From Patescibacteria group bacterium (GTDB taxonomy: Bacteria; Patescibacteriota; Patescibacteriia; Buchananbacterales; UBA6539), in contig JAVEXP010000002.1 in the NCBI GenBank assembly GCA_034003985.1, positions 208,789-272,788 on the forward strand: a stretch of DNA of 64,000 nucleotides, given 5' to 3'. The translations under genes were made by a program, and so were the position numbers. A model generated the notes under the pieces. That model was not told where the DNA came from. It saw only the letters and a program-made list of their open reading frames with translations, and ran no database searches. Within the stretch, counting starts at the first letter, position 1. Each line of letters opens with the position of its first letter. Positions 1-8,971 of the stretch are shown piece by piece.

Positions 1-86
1 CATTGGTGGTTATGAAAGGCAGCGATTTGGCTAATTTACGCAATTTTTTGGCTGATAGAAAATTCAAGGGAACAATTATTGAATAG
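1..86 (+). CDS. 3' end of a gene truncated by the window, probably UMP kinase
   Basis: Frame 3 reads LVVMKGSDLANLRNFLADRKFKGTIIE*, resembling the PyrH C-terminal ...GT.I motif; only 27 codons visible. Confidence 0.45.
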   Translation, partial: LVVMKGSDLANLRNFLADRKFKGTIIE

Positions 87-92
87 TCCATC

Positions 93-120
93 TTGACAAA
101 ATTTGATAATTTGTTAAGAT
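93..120 (+). promoter_or_regulatory. sigma70 promoter of rplJL
   Basis: TTGACA 93-98, TAAGAT 115-120 (16-nt spacer). Confidence 0.6.
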
Positions 121-137
121 AATCAAGTCAATTTAAT

Positions 138-236
138 AAGACCACAGACCGTTTGGGTCCCGATGAATTGGGATTAAATTAGCTTTCGGCTAGCCCGGCG
201 CAGGTAGCTTCCAGATTTATTTTAGGCTGTGGTTTT
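138..236 (+). ncRNA. L10 leader (autogenous control of rplJ-rplL)
   Basis: AGACCG..GGG...TTAAA...CCCGGCGCAGGT core upstream of rplJ; ACCACAG(141-147)/CTGTGGT(227-233) closing stem; TAGC-TTTCG-GCTA hairpin. Confidence 0.7.
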
Positions 237-280
237 TCCCGCAGTTTTATTTTTTGCTTAATATACTATTAAACCAATAT

Positions 281-805
281 ATGCCTAAGACAAAACAACA
301 AAAGGAAGGGATCGTTAACGATTTCATTGATAAATCAAAGCGCGCCAAATCTTTGGTATTTGTTAATTTTGCAGGCTTGAAGGTTAAAGAGATTGAAGAT
401 TTGCGCAAACGCTGTCGGAGTGAGCAGCTTGATTATTTGGTAGCCAAAAAAACCTTGATGAATGTTGCTTTTAAAGAAGCCGGCGTTCAGGATGTTGACG
501 CCAAAAGTCTGGACAATAGTGTGGCGACGGTATTTTCTTACGAAGATGAAGTTGCGCCTGCCAGGATCATTCAGCAGTTTTCCAAAGATCACGAAGCTTT
601 GCGCTCGATTGGTGGGCTGTTGGAAGGCAAGTTTGTCGGTCCGGAAAAGATTGTCGAACTTTCCAAATTACCTTCACGGGAAGAATTATTGGCCAAAATG
701 GTTGGTTCAATCAAAGCCCCAGTTTCTGGTTTTGTTAATGTCTTGTCCGGTAATTTGCGCAATCTGGTTTATGTTTTAAGTGCCATTAAAGGTTCTAAAA
801 ATTAA
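281..805 (+). CDS. rplJ: 50S ribosomal protein L10
   Basis: MPKTKQQK start at ATG 281; VAKKTL, LSKLPSREELLAK motifs. Confidence 0.95.
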   Translation: MPKTKQQKEGIVNDFIDKSKRAKSLVFVNFAGLKVKEIEDLRKRCRSEQLDYLVAKKTLMNVAFKEAGVQDVDAKSLDNSVATVFSYEDEVAPARIIQQFSKDHEALRSIGGLLEGKFVGPEKIVELSKLPSREELLAKMVGSIKAPVSGFVNVLSGNLRNLVYVLSAIKGSKN

Positions 806-840
806 TATTTAAATAATAAAATTAAGGAGATAACTAAATT

Positions 841-1263
841 ATGTCAGAAGAACAAAAGCAAAATGCTGAAACCAAAGTTGAAGTTCCTGCGAAATTCAAA
901 TCTTTGGTTGAAGAAATCGAAAAAATGTCAGTCTTGGATTTAGCAGAATTGGTCAAGGTCTTGGAAGAAAAATTTGGTGTTTCTGCCGCTGCTCCCGTTG
1001 CCATGATGGCCGGTGGTGCGGCCGGTGGTGCCGCTGAGGCCGCTGAAGAAAAAACTGAATTCACCGTTGAATTGACTGCCGCTGGTGACAACAAGATTGG
1101 CGTCATCAAAGCCGTTCGAGCCGTCACTGAACTTGGTCTTAAAGAAGCCAAAGATCTAGTTGATGGTGCTCCAAAGCCAGTTAAGGAAAATGTTAAGAAA
1201 GAAGAAGCTGAGGCTATTAAGAAGACTTTGACTGATGCCGGTGCGACGGTCACCTTGAAATAA
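841..1263 (+). CDS. rplL: 50S ribosomal protein L7/L12
   Basis: [33 protein letters not shown]; SD AAGGAG upstream. Confidence 0.97.
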   Translation: MSEEQKQNAETKVEVPAKFKSLVEEIEKMSVLDLAELVKVLEEKFGVSAAAPVAMMAGGAAGGAAEAAEEKTEFTVELTAAGDNKIGVIKAVRAVTELGLKEAKDLVDGAPKPVKENVKKEEAEAIKKTLTDAGATVTLK

Positions 1264-1291
1264 ATTTTTCATTTTTTCAGATTAAACTTTG

Positions 1292-1329
1292 AATTAAAAA
1301 ATCCCGCTTTAAAGCGGGATTTTTTAATT
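1292..1329. terminator. bidirectional intrinsic terminator (38-bp perfect palindrome)
   Basis: AATTAAAAAATCCCGCTTT/AAAGCGGGATTTTTTAATT between convergent genes. Confidence 0.85.
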
Positions 1330-1376
1330 ATTCTAATGTTTGTTTGGATTATTAATTTCTGGCTTAAACCAAACAA

Positions 1377-3695
1377 TCATTCTAGATGATTGGCGATTAC
1401 ACCAAATATTTTTCCGCCATTGAGTAAATATATCTCTTTGTTATTTTCTCTGACCGTAAAATCTTTGAGATCATCAAAACCCACGGAAATATATTGATTA
1501 ATCAGTTTGCCTTCCTTGTTTAAAACAATCAGGCGTTTGGTTGGCGGATCAATAAAATAGAGAAATTTTGAATTGTCAAAAGTTTTTAGTTTGGTTGCCG
1601 CTTGGATTGGCGGATCAATTAAGGAAGTTGCGAAATCAACCTGGTTGCCATTTTCAAATTTAATTATCTCACCATTTGATTTCAGAACATAAATATTCCC
1701 GTCGATGGTTAAAGAAGTCGCAGTAGACAAATCAATGCTATTTTTTATCCAGGCAGTCGGGTTGGTATATCCACCAGCGGTTTTGGTATAGCGGTAGATT
1801 TGACTGTTGTTGGTATCAAGTAAATAAAGACGATCGTTGTAATTAGCGCTGTCAATAATATTTTGATTGTCATTAATGTTAATGGTAAGTGGCTTGACGG
1901 TTTCATCGTTGGGGCTGAGGACAAAAGCCGCCATAGTGGCGCTGAAAAACAATATTTCATTGTTGTTAATGGCAGTAGCCAATTTCAGTTTGCTTAATTT
2001 GGTGTCCGGGGAAAAAATAGAAGACAAAACTCTGGTGTCGAGATTGGCCTTATAGATTGCTTCATTATTTTGGTTTTGAGTATAGGCGTTATTGCCGTTC
2101 AGAACCAAAATATTGGCAATATTAGCCTGATTATCCAAATTATTAAAATTAACTACTTGAAGCGGCTCGTTTATTTCCACCAAATATCGCAGATTGTTAA
2201 GTTCTTCTTCAATCCCGGCCAGAACATCGGACAGTTGGTTTTCTTCGTCTTTATTAGCGGGCTCCAGACCGGCCAACATATCTTTGGCCTTTACTAATAA
2301 TTCTCTGGCTTGGCCTTCGTCGCGATAAATCAAACTGGCCGCAGCATCATTTTTTAGATTTTCGACTTCGTTTACAATTTGGCTAAAATGTTGAATTCTT
2401 GCTTCCCGTTTGTTCTTTAGTTGAATCCAGATGACGCTTTGGCTTAAGACGATAGCCAATACCACAATGATCACTAGTAAAGTTTTACTGGCTGGGGGTA
2501 ATTTTTTGAATTTAATCAATAATTTTTGGTAGCCGTCGCCAATAATTATTGATATTTTATTGAAAAATTTTTGTTTTCCAATCGCTTTTAGTATAAGTTT
2601 CGCATTTAAGTATATTGGTTGGGCGATATTATTAAAAATCCGCCTTAGCCGGTTAAGATTGTCAAGTGGCTTTGTAAAACTTATTTTTAATTTCTTTTCT
2701 GTTGGAGGGACTCCGACATCTGATCTATTCATTTTAGGACTTGGTATTAAGCGAGTTCTGGTTTTTTGCTGTTGGTAAAAACTATTGGTTGAACTTTTGG
2801 CCTTCTGGAGATAATTTTTTAAAGCGGTATTCAGAGATTGAGCATATTTTTTTAATTCCGGCATAACGGAGGGGGTTAACAGTTTTTGGGTTTCTTGCTC
2901 CGTTTTTATTAGCTCATTAATGGAATCTTCCGAAGCGGCTTTGGTATAATCAAAGTTCATAGTCTGCGGTCTTGGTTTGGTTGCCACTCTTTTTTCCAGT
3001 TCCAATGTTATTAAGCCAAAATTTTGCCTTTCAATTTGTTCCAGTAGGTTTTTAAGTTCTGCCCCACCACTAAGTGTTCCGTTTTGAGTGATGACATTTT
3101 TTATTTTTTCCAAAGAAAAATAATCAAGAATATTTGATGTGCCGATAAAAATAATGTCGTTTAAACGAATTCGGCCGCTGATTATTTGGGAAAAAAATTT
3201 AAGGGGATCGGGGGTACTGCTTGGCGATTTACTGGTTTCTAAAACATCAATAATCCGGTAGTTTCTAGGAGGAATGCTATATAGCAATATTACGGCAACA
3301 TCACCCACCAAAGCAAAATGAATTTCCTGACCGTGGACAACAGCCAAGACAATGTTGACCTTGGCCGGATCAAAATCGATATTGTTATTTTCAATAAAAG
3401 AAGCAATTGCCAGATTAGTTTTCTTGAGCGCTAATTCAAACTTTTCGCCGATATTAAGATTTTGATTGGCAACAATTGACGGGTGGTAGTAATTATCTTT
3501 GGTTTCTTCAATTATCAAGTCTATCAGCTCGTTGATTTTTGGACTTTTGGCGCTGATTTCGATTAATCCGAATATTTTGCCCTGTTTATTTTCCAAATCT
3601 AAATCCGGTTTGGCGGAAAATGATCGGACAAAAATTTTTGGCGAGGATGGTTTTTCGACCACAAATTGGAGAATTTTTGATTGAGGGTAATCCAT
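1377..3695 (-). CDS. membrane-anchored protein: N-terminal PP2C-like fold, one TM helix, C-terminal beta-propeller-like domain
   Basis: 772 aa; HFALVGD and IISGRI..NDIIF resemble a degenerate PP2C; TM LLVIIVVLAIVLSQSVIW; repeated LYLLD/IYVL/LYFID/IYLL blades. Confidence 0.55.
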   Translation of the reverse strand: MDYPQSKILQFVVEKPSSPKIFVRSFSAKPDLDLENKQGKIFGLIEISAKSPKINELIDLIIEETKDNYYHPSIVANQNLNIGEKFELALKKTNLAIASFIENNNIDFDPAKVNIVLAVVHGQEIHFALVGDVAVILLYSIPPRNYRIIDVLETSKSPSSTPDPLKFFSQIISGRIRLNDIIFIGTSNILDYFSLEKIKNVITQNGTLSGGAELKNLLEQIERQNFGLITLELEKRVATKPRPQTMNFDYTKAASEDSINELIKTEQETQKLLTPSVMPELKKYAQSLNTALKNYLQKAKSSTNSFYQQQKTRTRLIPSPKMNRSDVGVPPTEKKLKISFTKPLDNLNRLRRIFNNIAQPIYLNAKLILKAIGKQKFFNKISIIIGDGYQKLLIKFKKLPPASKTLLVIIVVLAIVLSQSVIWIQLKNKREARIQHFSQIVNEVENLKNDAAASLIYRDEGQARELLVKAKDMLAGLEPANKDEENQLSDVLAGIEEELNNLRYLVEINEPLQVVNFNNLDNQANIANILVLNGNNAYTQNQNNEAIYKANLDTRVLSSIFSPDTKLSKLKLATAINNNEILFFSATMAAFVLSPNDETVKPLTININDNQNIIDSANYNDRLYLLDTNNSQIYRYTKTAGGYTNPTAWIKNSIDLSTATSLTIDGNIYVLKSNGEIIKFENGNQVDFATSLIDPPIQAATKLKTFDNSKFLYFIDPPTKRLIVLNKEGKLINQYISVGFDDLKDFTVRENNKEIYLLNGGKIFGVIANHLE

Positions 3696-3771
3696 TATGC
3701 TTTAAATTTGTCAGCAATTAACGTTTATATTATACTAGAAACAGGAGATTAGGTAAATCCCATAGTTAATT

Positions 3772-4389
3772 ATGCTTGAACAACTATTTGGTTCAAAAAC
3801 CAGGGTTAAATTATTAAGGCTTTTCTTGAATAACCCCGACCAACCTTATTATTTAAGGGAATTAGCCAGGAATCTTAAAACCCAGCTTAATTCCGTCAGA
3901 CGCGAGGTTGCCAATTTGGAAAGATTGGGAATTGTTAAATCGGTTCATTTGGCCGAACCGGAACTGGCCAAATCCAAGAGCCATTCCCGAAATGTCAAAC
4001 TCAAGGGAAGCAAGAAGTATTTTTTAGTGGATACGGAGTTTATTTTATATCCTGAACTTAAAGCAGTATTGCTAAAAGCCCAGTTATTGCTGGAGAAAGA
4101 TTTTGTCGCCAAGATTGAAAGCCTGGCTAATTTAAAATTATTTATTCTGACGGGAATTTTTGTCGGGCTGGAGGGCTTTGTTACCGATATGGTCATTGTC
4201 GGAACGATTAATCGCCAGCGGCTGGCTAATATTGTCAAAGCATTTGAAAAAGAACTTGGCCGTGGAATTAATTACACCATAATGACTTTGCCGGAATTTA
4301 AGTACCGCCAAGATATTACCGACCGTTTTTTGTATGACATTTTGGAACGCCGAAAGATTGTCATTGTCGACAAAATAAATTTGGATTAA
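3772..4389 (+). CDS. ArsR-like wHTH fused to degenerate minimal nucleotidyltransferase domain
   Basis: LFGSKTRVKLL..YYLRELAR..NSVRREV..LE..GIV; C-terminal TGIF..TDMVIVG..FEKELGRGINYT. Confidence 0.65.
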   Translation: MLEQLFGSKTRVKLLRLFLNNPDQPYYLRELARNLKTQLNSVRREVANLERLGIVKSVHLAEPELAKSKSHSRNVKLKGSKKYFLVDTEFILYPELKAVLLKAQLLLEKDFVAKIESLANLKLFILTGIFVGLEGFVTDMVIVGTINRQRLANIVKAFEKELGRGINYTIMTLPEFKYRQDITDRFLYDILERRKIVIVDKINLD

Positions 4390-5198
4390 TGACTAAAAAA
4401 GTCTATTTTAAGAATAATCTCGGCCGCCGGATTGTCGGCTTGTTGAGCCTGCCGAATGGGGGAAGTACCCCTTTTCCGGCGGTTATTATTTGTCATGGGT
4501 TTAAGGGATATAAAGAGCAGGCTCATCTGAAGACTTTGGCTTCAGCTTTGGCTAGCAGCGGTATTGCCGTTTTGCGGTTTGATTTTGGCAATGGCGTTGG
4601 TCAAAGCTATGGTAAGTTGGAAGACATCAAGTTTAGTCAGTATCTGGGTGATTTAAAATCGGCGATTGATTATGTGGCTAAGCAAAAATATATTGATCAA
4701 AATAAGCTTGGTTTAGCCGGCCATAGTTTAGGTGGCCAGTTGATTTTGACATATGCTCCACGCGACAAAAGAATAAAAGCTTTGGCGGATTTGGCCGGAG
4801 TGTCTTATCGCGGCTGGGGGAATACTAATTTGGAAAAAGGGGTTGTTAAACAATTGCCTGAAGCGAAAAAAACCGGATATTTTTATGTCTTCAGTAAGCG
4901 AACAGGAAAAAAATATAGAATAAAAATTGGGTATTATTATGACATTATGAAGTACGATACCCCGGCTCAGATTAAAAAAATCAAAGTTCCTACCTTGATA
5001 ATCCATGGTTCCAAGGATCAGTCGGTGCCTTTGTCTCATTCCAGATTGGCATTTCGGACATTGAAATCACCAAAGAAGCTGGTTATTGTCCCGGATGCTC
5101 CTCATACTTGGCGTGGCACGGCTGATCCAGGCGGTAAATTTCAAAAGCAAATCAATCCAATCGTTGTTGATTGGTTTAAAAAATATTTACCCCGTTGA
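4389..5198 (+). CDS. alpha/beta hydrolase
   Basis: CHGF, GHSLGG nucleophile elbow, IHGSKDQSVP, APH. Confidence 0.9.
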   Translation: MTKKVYFKNNLGRRIVGLLSLPNGGSTPFPAVIICHGFKGYKEQAHLKTLASALASSGIAVLRFDFGNGVGQSYGKLEDIKFSQYLGDLKSAIDYVAKQKYIDQNKLGLAGHSLGGQLILTYAPRDKRIKALADLAGVSYRGWGNTNLEKGVVKQLPEAKKTGYFYVFSKRTGKKYRIKIGYYYDIMKYDTPAQIKKIKVPTLIIHGSKDQSVPLSHSRLAFRTLKSPKKLVIVPDAPHTWRGTADPGGKFQKQINPIVVDWFKKYLPR

Positions 5199-5235
5199 AA
5201 TTTTGGGTAAATATAATGAAATATATTACAAGTTT

Positions 5236-5643
5236 ATGATTCTGATAATTAATACTTCAGACATTGAAGAAGTTACTATCGGCTTGATTGATCAAGGTAA
5301 AGTTTTGGCGCTCAAAAATTTCCGGGCCAAATATCGCCAAGCCGAAAAACTTTTGCCATCAATCGACAAGCTTCTGAAAAATGCCAAAGTAAATTTAAAA
5401 GATATCAATGGCATTGTAGTGGCTGATGGCCCAGGGCCCTTTAGCGCCCTTCGAATTGGTATTGCTTTGGCTAACACTTTGGGGTTTGCTTTAAGGATTC
5501 CGGTGATGGGAGTTAAAAAAGAAAGATTTTCCAACCCGGCTGAACTGGCGGCCCAAGCCGAAAAGTTGATAAAGCAGGCCAGTGTGGAAAATATTGTCTT
5601 GCCGTTTTATGGCAAAGAGCCTAATATTACCATCAAGCCTTGA
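5236..5643 (+). CDS. tsaB: short TsaB (t6A biosynthesis)
   Basis: MILIINTS start; AEKLLPSID, GPGPFSALRIG; only 135 aa. Confidence 0.85.
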   Translation: MILIINTSDIEEVTIGLIDQGKVLALKNFRAKYRQAEKLLPSIDKLLKNAKVNLKDINGIVVADGPGPFSALRIGIALANTLGFALRIPVMGVKKERFSNPAELAAQAEKLIKQASVENIVLPFYGKEPNITIKP

Positions 5644-6113
5644 TGTCCGGTGATTTTAAAACCGTTACCACCTTATCTTATTTGATTAATAGTGATAATC
5701 AGGTGTTGCTGGTTTATAAAAAGCGGGGATTTGGAGTTGGTAAATGGAATGGCCCGGGCGGCAAGGTTGAACCGTTTGAAGATCCTAAAGCGTCAGCAAT
5801 TCGTGAAATTAAAGAAGAAGTCGGGATAACGGTGTCCGATTTGGCGCCAATGGGATTAATTGAGTTTGTTTGGCCCGATGAACTGGTTGATAACAATACG
5901 GTCTGTTATCTTTTTATGACTAAAGATTTTTTCGGGAAACCGGTTGAATCGGAAGAGTGCCGTCCTCAATGGTTTAATTTTGATGATATTCCTTACGGTC
6001 AAATGTGGGATGACGACCAATATTGGTATCCGCTGATTTTGAGGGGCCAGGTGATCAAGAAGCGTTTTTTCTTTGATCAGAATAGCAAGGTGACAAAACA
6101 GGAAGATATTTAA
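5643..6113 (+). CDS. NUDIX hydrolase, 8-oxo-dGTPase (MTH1-like)
   Basis: KKRGFGVGKWNGPGGKVE..AIREIKEEVG Nudix box; MWDDD..W. Confidence 0.9.
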   Translation: MSGDFKTVTTLSYLINSDNQVLLVYKKRGFGVGKWNGPGGKVEPFEDPKASAIREIKEEVGITVSDLAPMGLIEFVWPDELVDNNTVCYLFMTKDFFGKPVESEECRPQWFNFDDIPYGQMWDDDQYWYPLILRGQVIKKRFFFDQNSKVTKQEDI

Positions 6114-6122
6114 AATAATTTT

Positions 6123-6494
6123 ATGTCAAAAACCATTTTAGTAGTTGAAGACGATAAAGACCTGCTTAATTTGGTAACTTTGAAGCTGGAGCAGGAAGGA
6201 TTCAAAGTCGATGCTGCCGAAACCGGCCAGCAGGTTTTGGATTATTTGGAAAATAACCTGCCCGATCTGGTGTTGCTTGATATTCTTTTGCCCGACATCG
6301 ACGGTATTACGGTTTTAAATGAAATCGCTACCCATGATCGAACTAAAAATTTGCCGGTGATTATTTTGAGCAATCTTGCCGATCAGGGATCTTTTGAACA
6401 AGCCGCGGCTGTGGGAAATTATGAGTATCTGGTTAAAGCTAAAGTTGACCTTAGCGAGCTAGCCGCTAAAATTAAGAGTAAGTTGAATTGTTAG
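6123..6494 (+). CDS. single-domain response regulator (receiver)
   Basis: ILVVEDD, PDLVLLDILLPDIDG, PVIILSN, YLVK. Confidence 0.92.
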   Translation: MSKTILVVEDDKDLLNLVTLKLEQEGFKVDAAETGQQVLDYLENNLPDLVLLDILLPDIDGITVLNEIATHDRTKNLPVIILSNLADQGSFEQAAAVGNYEYLVKAKVDLSELAAKIKSKLNC

Positions 6495-6506
6495 CCCTTC
6501 TCTATC

Positions 6507-6539
6507 TGCCCCCCCCTCCAATTGGGGGGGCAATTTTTT
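6507..6539 (+). terminator. intrinsic terminator
   Basis: TGCCCCCCC..GGGGGGGCA stem followed by T tract. Confidence 0.7.
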
Positions 6540-6613
6540 GATTGAAAAAACATTAAATCTATGGTAAGGTCTTGGGCAAGTGGTTTAGACTCAAACTTAA
6601 TGGAGGAATGGTC

Positions 6614-6904
6614 GTGGCACCTGAATTGGAATGGCAATTGTGGCGAGCGGTTACCAATGGTAGTGGCTCCTTACCCCGGGTTCCTGACAGCTTTAATGTT
6701 TTGAGCCTGGAAATCCAGGGTCATTTTGTGGGCGATAGGTTTTCGCCTGCTATGAAAGACGGCGGTTGCGATATTATCGCTCGTTGCCGTGAAATCACGA
6801 CGGAGCCCGGTGGCCATTGTCTGGGGGTGCTTACTCTCAAGAACCCCTCGGCTCCGACCGGAGGAATCTGGTATTTTGTACCCAATACTGGCAGTGGTCA
6901 GTAG
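6614..6904 (+). CDS. orphan hypothetical protein in a self-contained cassette
   Basis: TTGAAA(6542)-17-TAAGGT promoter; GGAGG 6602-6606 lies 7 nt before GTG 6614 (ATG 6608 is an alternative start); terminator 6910-6945. Confidence 0.5.
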   Translation: MAPELEWQLWRAVTNGSGSLPRVPDSFNVLSLEIQGHFVGDRFSPAMKDGGCDIIARCREITTEPGGHCLGVLTLKNPSAPTGGIWYFVPNTGSGQ

Positions 6905-6943
6905 TCAGTGGGGCTTCTTCTAGCTATTGAGGTCCCTCTTTTT

Positions 6944-6952
6944 TTATCCACA
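6944..6952 (+). promoter_or_regulatory. DnaA box
   Basis: perfect TTATCCACA. Confidence 0.55.
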
Positions 6953-7033
6953 GAATTAGGATTAAACATTGACAAAATTGCCAAATTTTATTTAAAAATG
7001 GCTTAATAAACGATTTTTATTTGGTGTTTAGAA

Positions 7034-7101
7034 GTGGTTGACATTGGAGTAAAAGTGGAGTAAAATAATATCAGAGTGGTAAAAAGTGGATGAAAGTGGG
7101 G
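7034..7101 (+). promoter_or_regulatory. mraZ promoter with MraZ-binding GTGG repeats
   Basis: TTGACA 7038-7043, 17 nt, TAAAAT 7061-7066; GTGG at 7034, 7055, 7076, 7086, 7096 (about 10-nt phasing). Confidence 0.8.
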
Positions 7102-7116
7102 ATAAACAAATCCAAC

Positions 7117-7125
7117 TGTGGATAA
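7117..7125 (-). promoter_or_regulatory. DnaA box
   Basis: TGTGGATAA on + strand; a 1-mismatch copy TGGGGATAA at 7097-7105. Confidence 0.55.
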
Positions 7126-7154
7126 TCAATATATTAGAACACAAAAACAAAACA

Positions 7155-7586
7155 ATGTTTATTGGAGAATACCAACACAATATTGATCAGAAGGGAAGAA
7201 TGGCGGTTCCATCTAAGTTCCGTAAGGCTTTGACTAAAGGCGCAGTTGTTACTAAGGGCTTAGACGACTGTCTTTTTTTGTATACCAAAGATGAATGGAA
7301 GAAATTAGCCGACAAATTGGCTGCTTTACCGATTGCCCGAGCCAACACCAGGGCTTTTGCTCGTTTGATGCTGGCTGGAGCAATGGATGTTGAAATCGAC
7401 CGTCAGGGTCGGATGCTTATTCCCGACTATCTGAGGAAATATGCCAGTATGAATAAGAAAGTGGTTATTACCGGTTTGTATAACCGTTTGGAAATTTGGG
7501 ATGAAACCAAGTGGGATAAATATAAACAGGGTACCGAAAGTAAAAGTGGTGATATCGCCGAAGCCTTGGGAGAATTGGGAGTGTAA
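7155..7586 (+). CDS. mraZ: division/cell wall cluster transcriptional regulator MraZ
   Basis: MFIGEYQHNIDQKGRMAVPSKFR, DRQGRMLIP, RLEIWD. Confidence 0.97.
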   Translation: MFIGEYQHNIDQKGRMAVPSKFRKALTKGAVVTKGLDDCLFLYTKDEWKKLADKLAALPIARANTRAFARLMLAGAMDVEIDRQGRMLIPDYLRKYASMNKKVVITGLYNRLEIWDETKWDKYKQGTESKSGDIAEALGELGV

Positions 7587-7597
7587 TTTAAAATTTT

Positions 7598-8554
7598 ATG
7601 TCCGATTTCCACCAGCCCGTATTACCTCAGGAAATCTTAGATTATCTCAAACCGCAAGCGGGGGACAAATTTATTGATTGTACCTTGGGTGGCGGCGGGC
7701 ATACTCTGAATTTTTTAAAACTGGTTGGGCCAAGTGGCAAAGTTTTGGCCATTGATATGGATCCGTTGGCAATCGCCGAAGCTCGACGCGCCAGTACGAA
7801 ATTTGCAGATAGTTTGATTTTAGCCAGAGATAATTTTAGAAATTTAAAAAATATTGCCGATGTACACGAATTTAATCAAGTTAATGGTATCTTATTGGAC
7901 CTTGGCTTATCCAGTGGTCAGCTACAGGATCAAGCGCGGGGCTTCAGTTTTGGGTCCGAAGGTCAATTAGACATGAGGTTTGGTCCGGCTGTTGCCGACA
8001 GTTTTGGCGCCGTTACGGCCGGTGAAATAGTAAATAATTACCCGCAAAAAGATTTAATTGATATTTTTAAAAATTATGGCGAAGAAAGGTTGGCTGTCGC
8101 GATCTCCAAGAAAATAATCGAGGTTCGCCGCACTAAACCAATTGATTCGCCTAAACAGCTGGCGGCCATAATTGAAAGCGTTTATCACCGTTATCACCGA
8201 ACTAAGTCGAGGATTTCTCCGGCCACTAAAGTTTTTCAGGCCTTGCGAATTGCCGTTAATGATGAGTTGCAAAGCTTAAAGTTGGTTTTGCCTCAAGCCC
8301 TTGACTTATTGGTTTCCGGCGGTCGGTTGGCGGTAATCAGTTATCATTCGCTAGAAGACCGGATTGTCAAAGATTATTTTCGGCGCGAAAGTCGGGACTG
8401 TATCTGTCCACCGGAGATGCCAGTCTGCCAATGTGGCCATATTGCCCGCCTAAAAATTATTACCAAAAAACCAGTCGTGCCTACGGTCGAAGAAATAAAA
8501 AATAACCCTCGATCTCGCAGTGCTAAATTAAGAATAGTTGAAAAATACAAATAA
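7598..8554 (+). CDS. rsmH: 16S rRNA m4C1402 methyltransferase
   Basis: HQPVL, DCTLGGGGH, DLGLSS, FQALRIAVNDEL, SYHSLEDRIVK, NPRSRSAKLR. Confidence 0.97.
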   Translation: MSDFHQPVLPQEILDYLKPQAGDKFIDCTLGGGGHTLNFLKLVGPSGKVLAIDMDPLAIAEARRASTKFADSLILARDNFRNLKNIADVHEFNQVNGILLDLGLSSGQLQDQARGFSFGSEGQLDMRFGPAVADSFGAVTAGEIVNNYPQKDLIDIFKNYGEERLAVAISKKIIEVRRTKPIDSPKQLAAIIESVYHRYHRTKSRISPATKVFQALRIAVNDELQSLKLVLPQALDLLVSGGRLAVISYHSLEDRIVKDYFRRESRDCICPPEMPVCQCGHIARLKIITKKPVVPTVEEIKNNPRSRSAKLRIVEKYK

Positions 8555-8566
8555 AAATAAAAAAAT

Positions 8567-8920
8567 ATGTCCAAAGTTTTTCGAGTGGCTAAAATTAATT
8601 ATCAGACAAAGAACGCTAAGAGTCGTTTAGGATTATTCCATTTTAATCTAAAAATCGCCAAATTGTCTTTGGCTTTATTGATTGTCGCTTTAGGATTAGG
8701 TTATTTGATTCAAATTAACGGTTTAGCCACCAAAGGTTATCAGATTCGAGAATTAGAAGACCGGATTGGCGAGTTGGAAAATGAGCAGGCCGATTTGAAG
8801 CTGGAAATGTTGGGGCTACAATCAATGGACAATGTTGAAAACAAAGTCAGTAAGTTGAATATGGTCGCTGCCGGTCAGGCCGATTATTTGGTTGTGAGTC
8901 CGGTGGCCGTGGCACGCTAA
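8567..8920 (+). CDS. ftsL: FtsL-like septum protein
   Basis: single TM followed by coiled coil (GYQIRELEDRIGELE); position between rsmH and ftsI. Confidence 0.7.
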   Translation: MSKVFRVAKINYQTKNAKSRLGLFHFNLKIAKLSLALLIVALGLGYLIQINGLATKGYQIRELEDRIGELENEQADLKLEMLGLQSMDNVENKVSKLNMVAAGQADYLVVSPVAVAR

Positions 8921-8971
8921 TTCGTCTTTTGATAAGTTAATTGATCCAACCCCGTTTGGCAGTCAGCGGGG

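Noticed and set aside
5086-5235. Upstream extensions of ORF-track starts (also rplJ, mraZ, cysS, hrcA, hsp20, rpmE, recombinase 2)
   Set aside because: Family N-termini and promoter positions favour the downstream ATGs used here
7034-7101. Short repeats suggesting CRISPR or iterons
   Set aside because: GTGG at 10-nt phasing upstream of mraZ is the known MraZ operator; no CRISPR array was seen anywhere in the window
6944-7125. oriC
   Set aside because: Only 2-3 DnaA boxes and no dnaA/dnaN context; cannot be supported from this window
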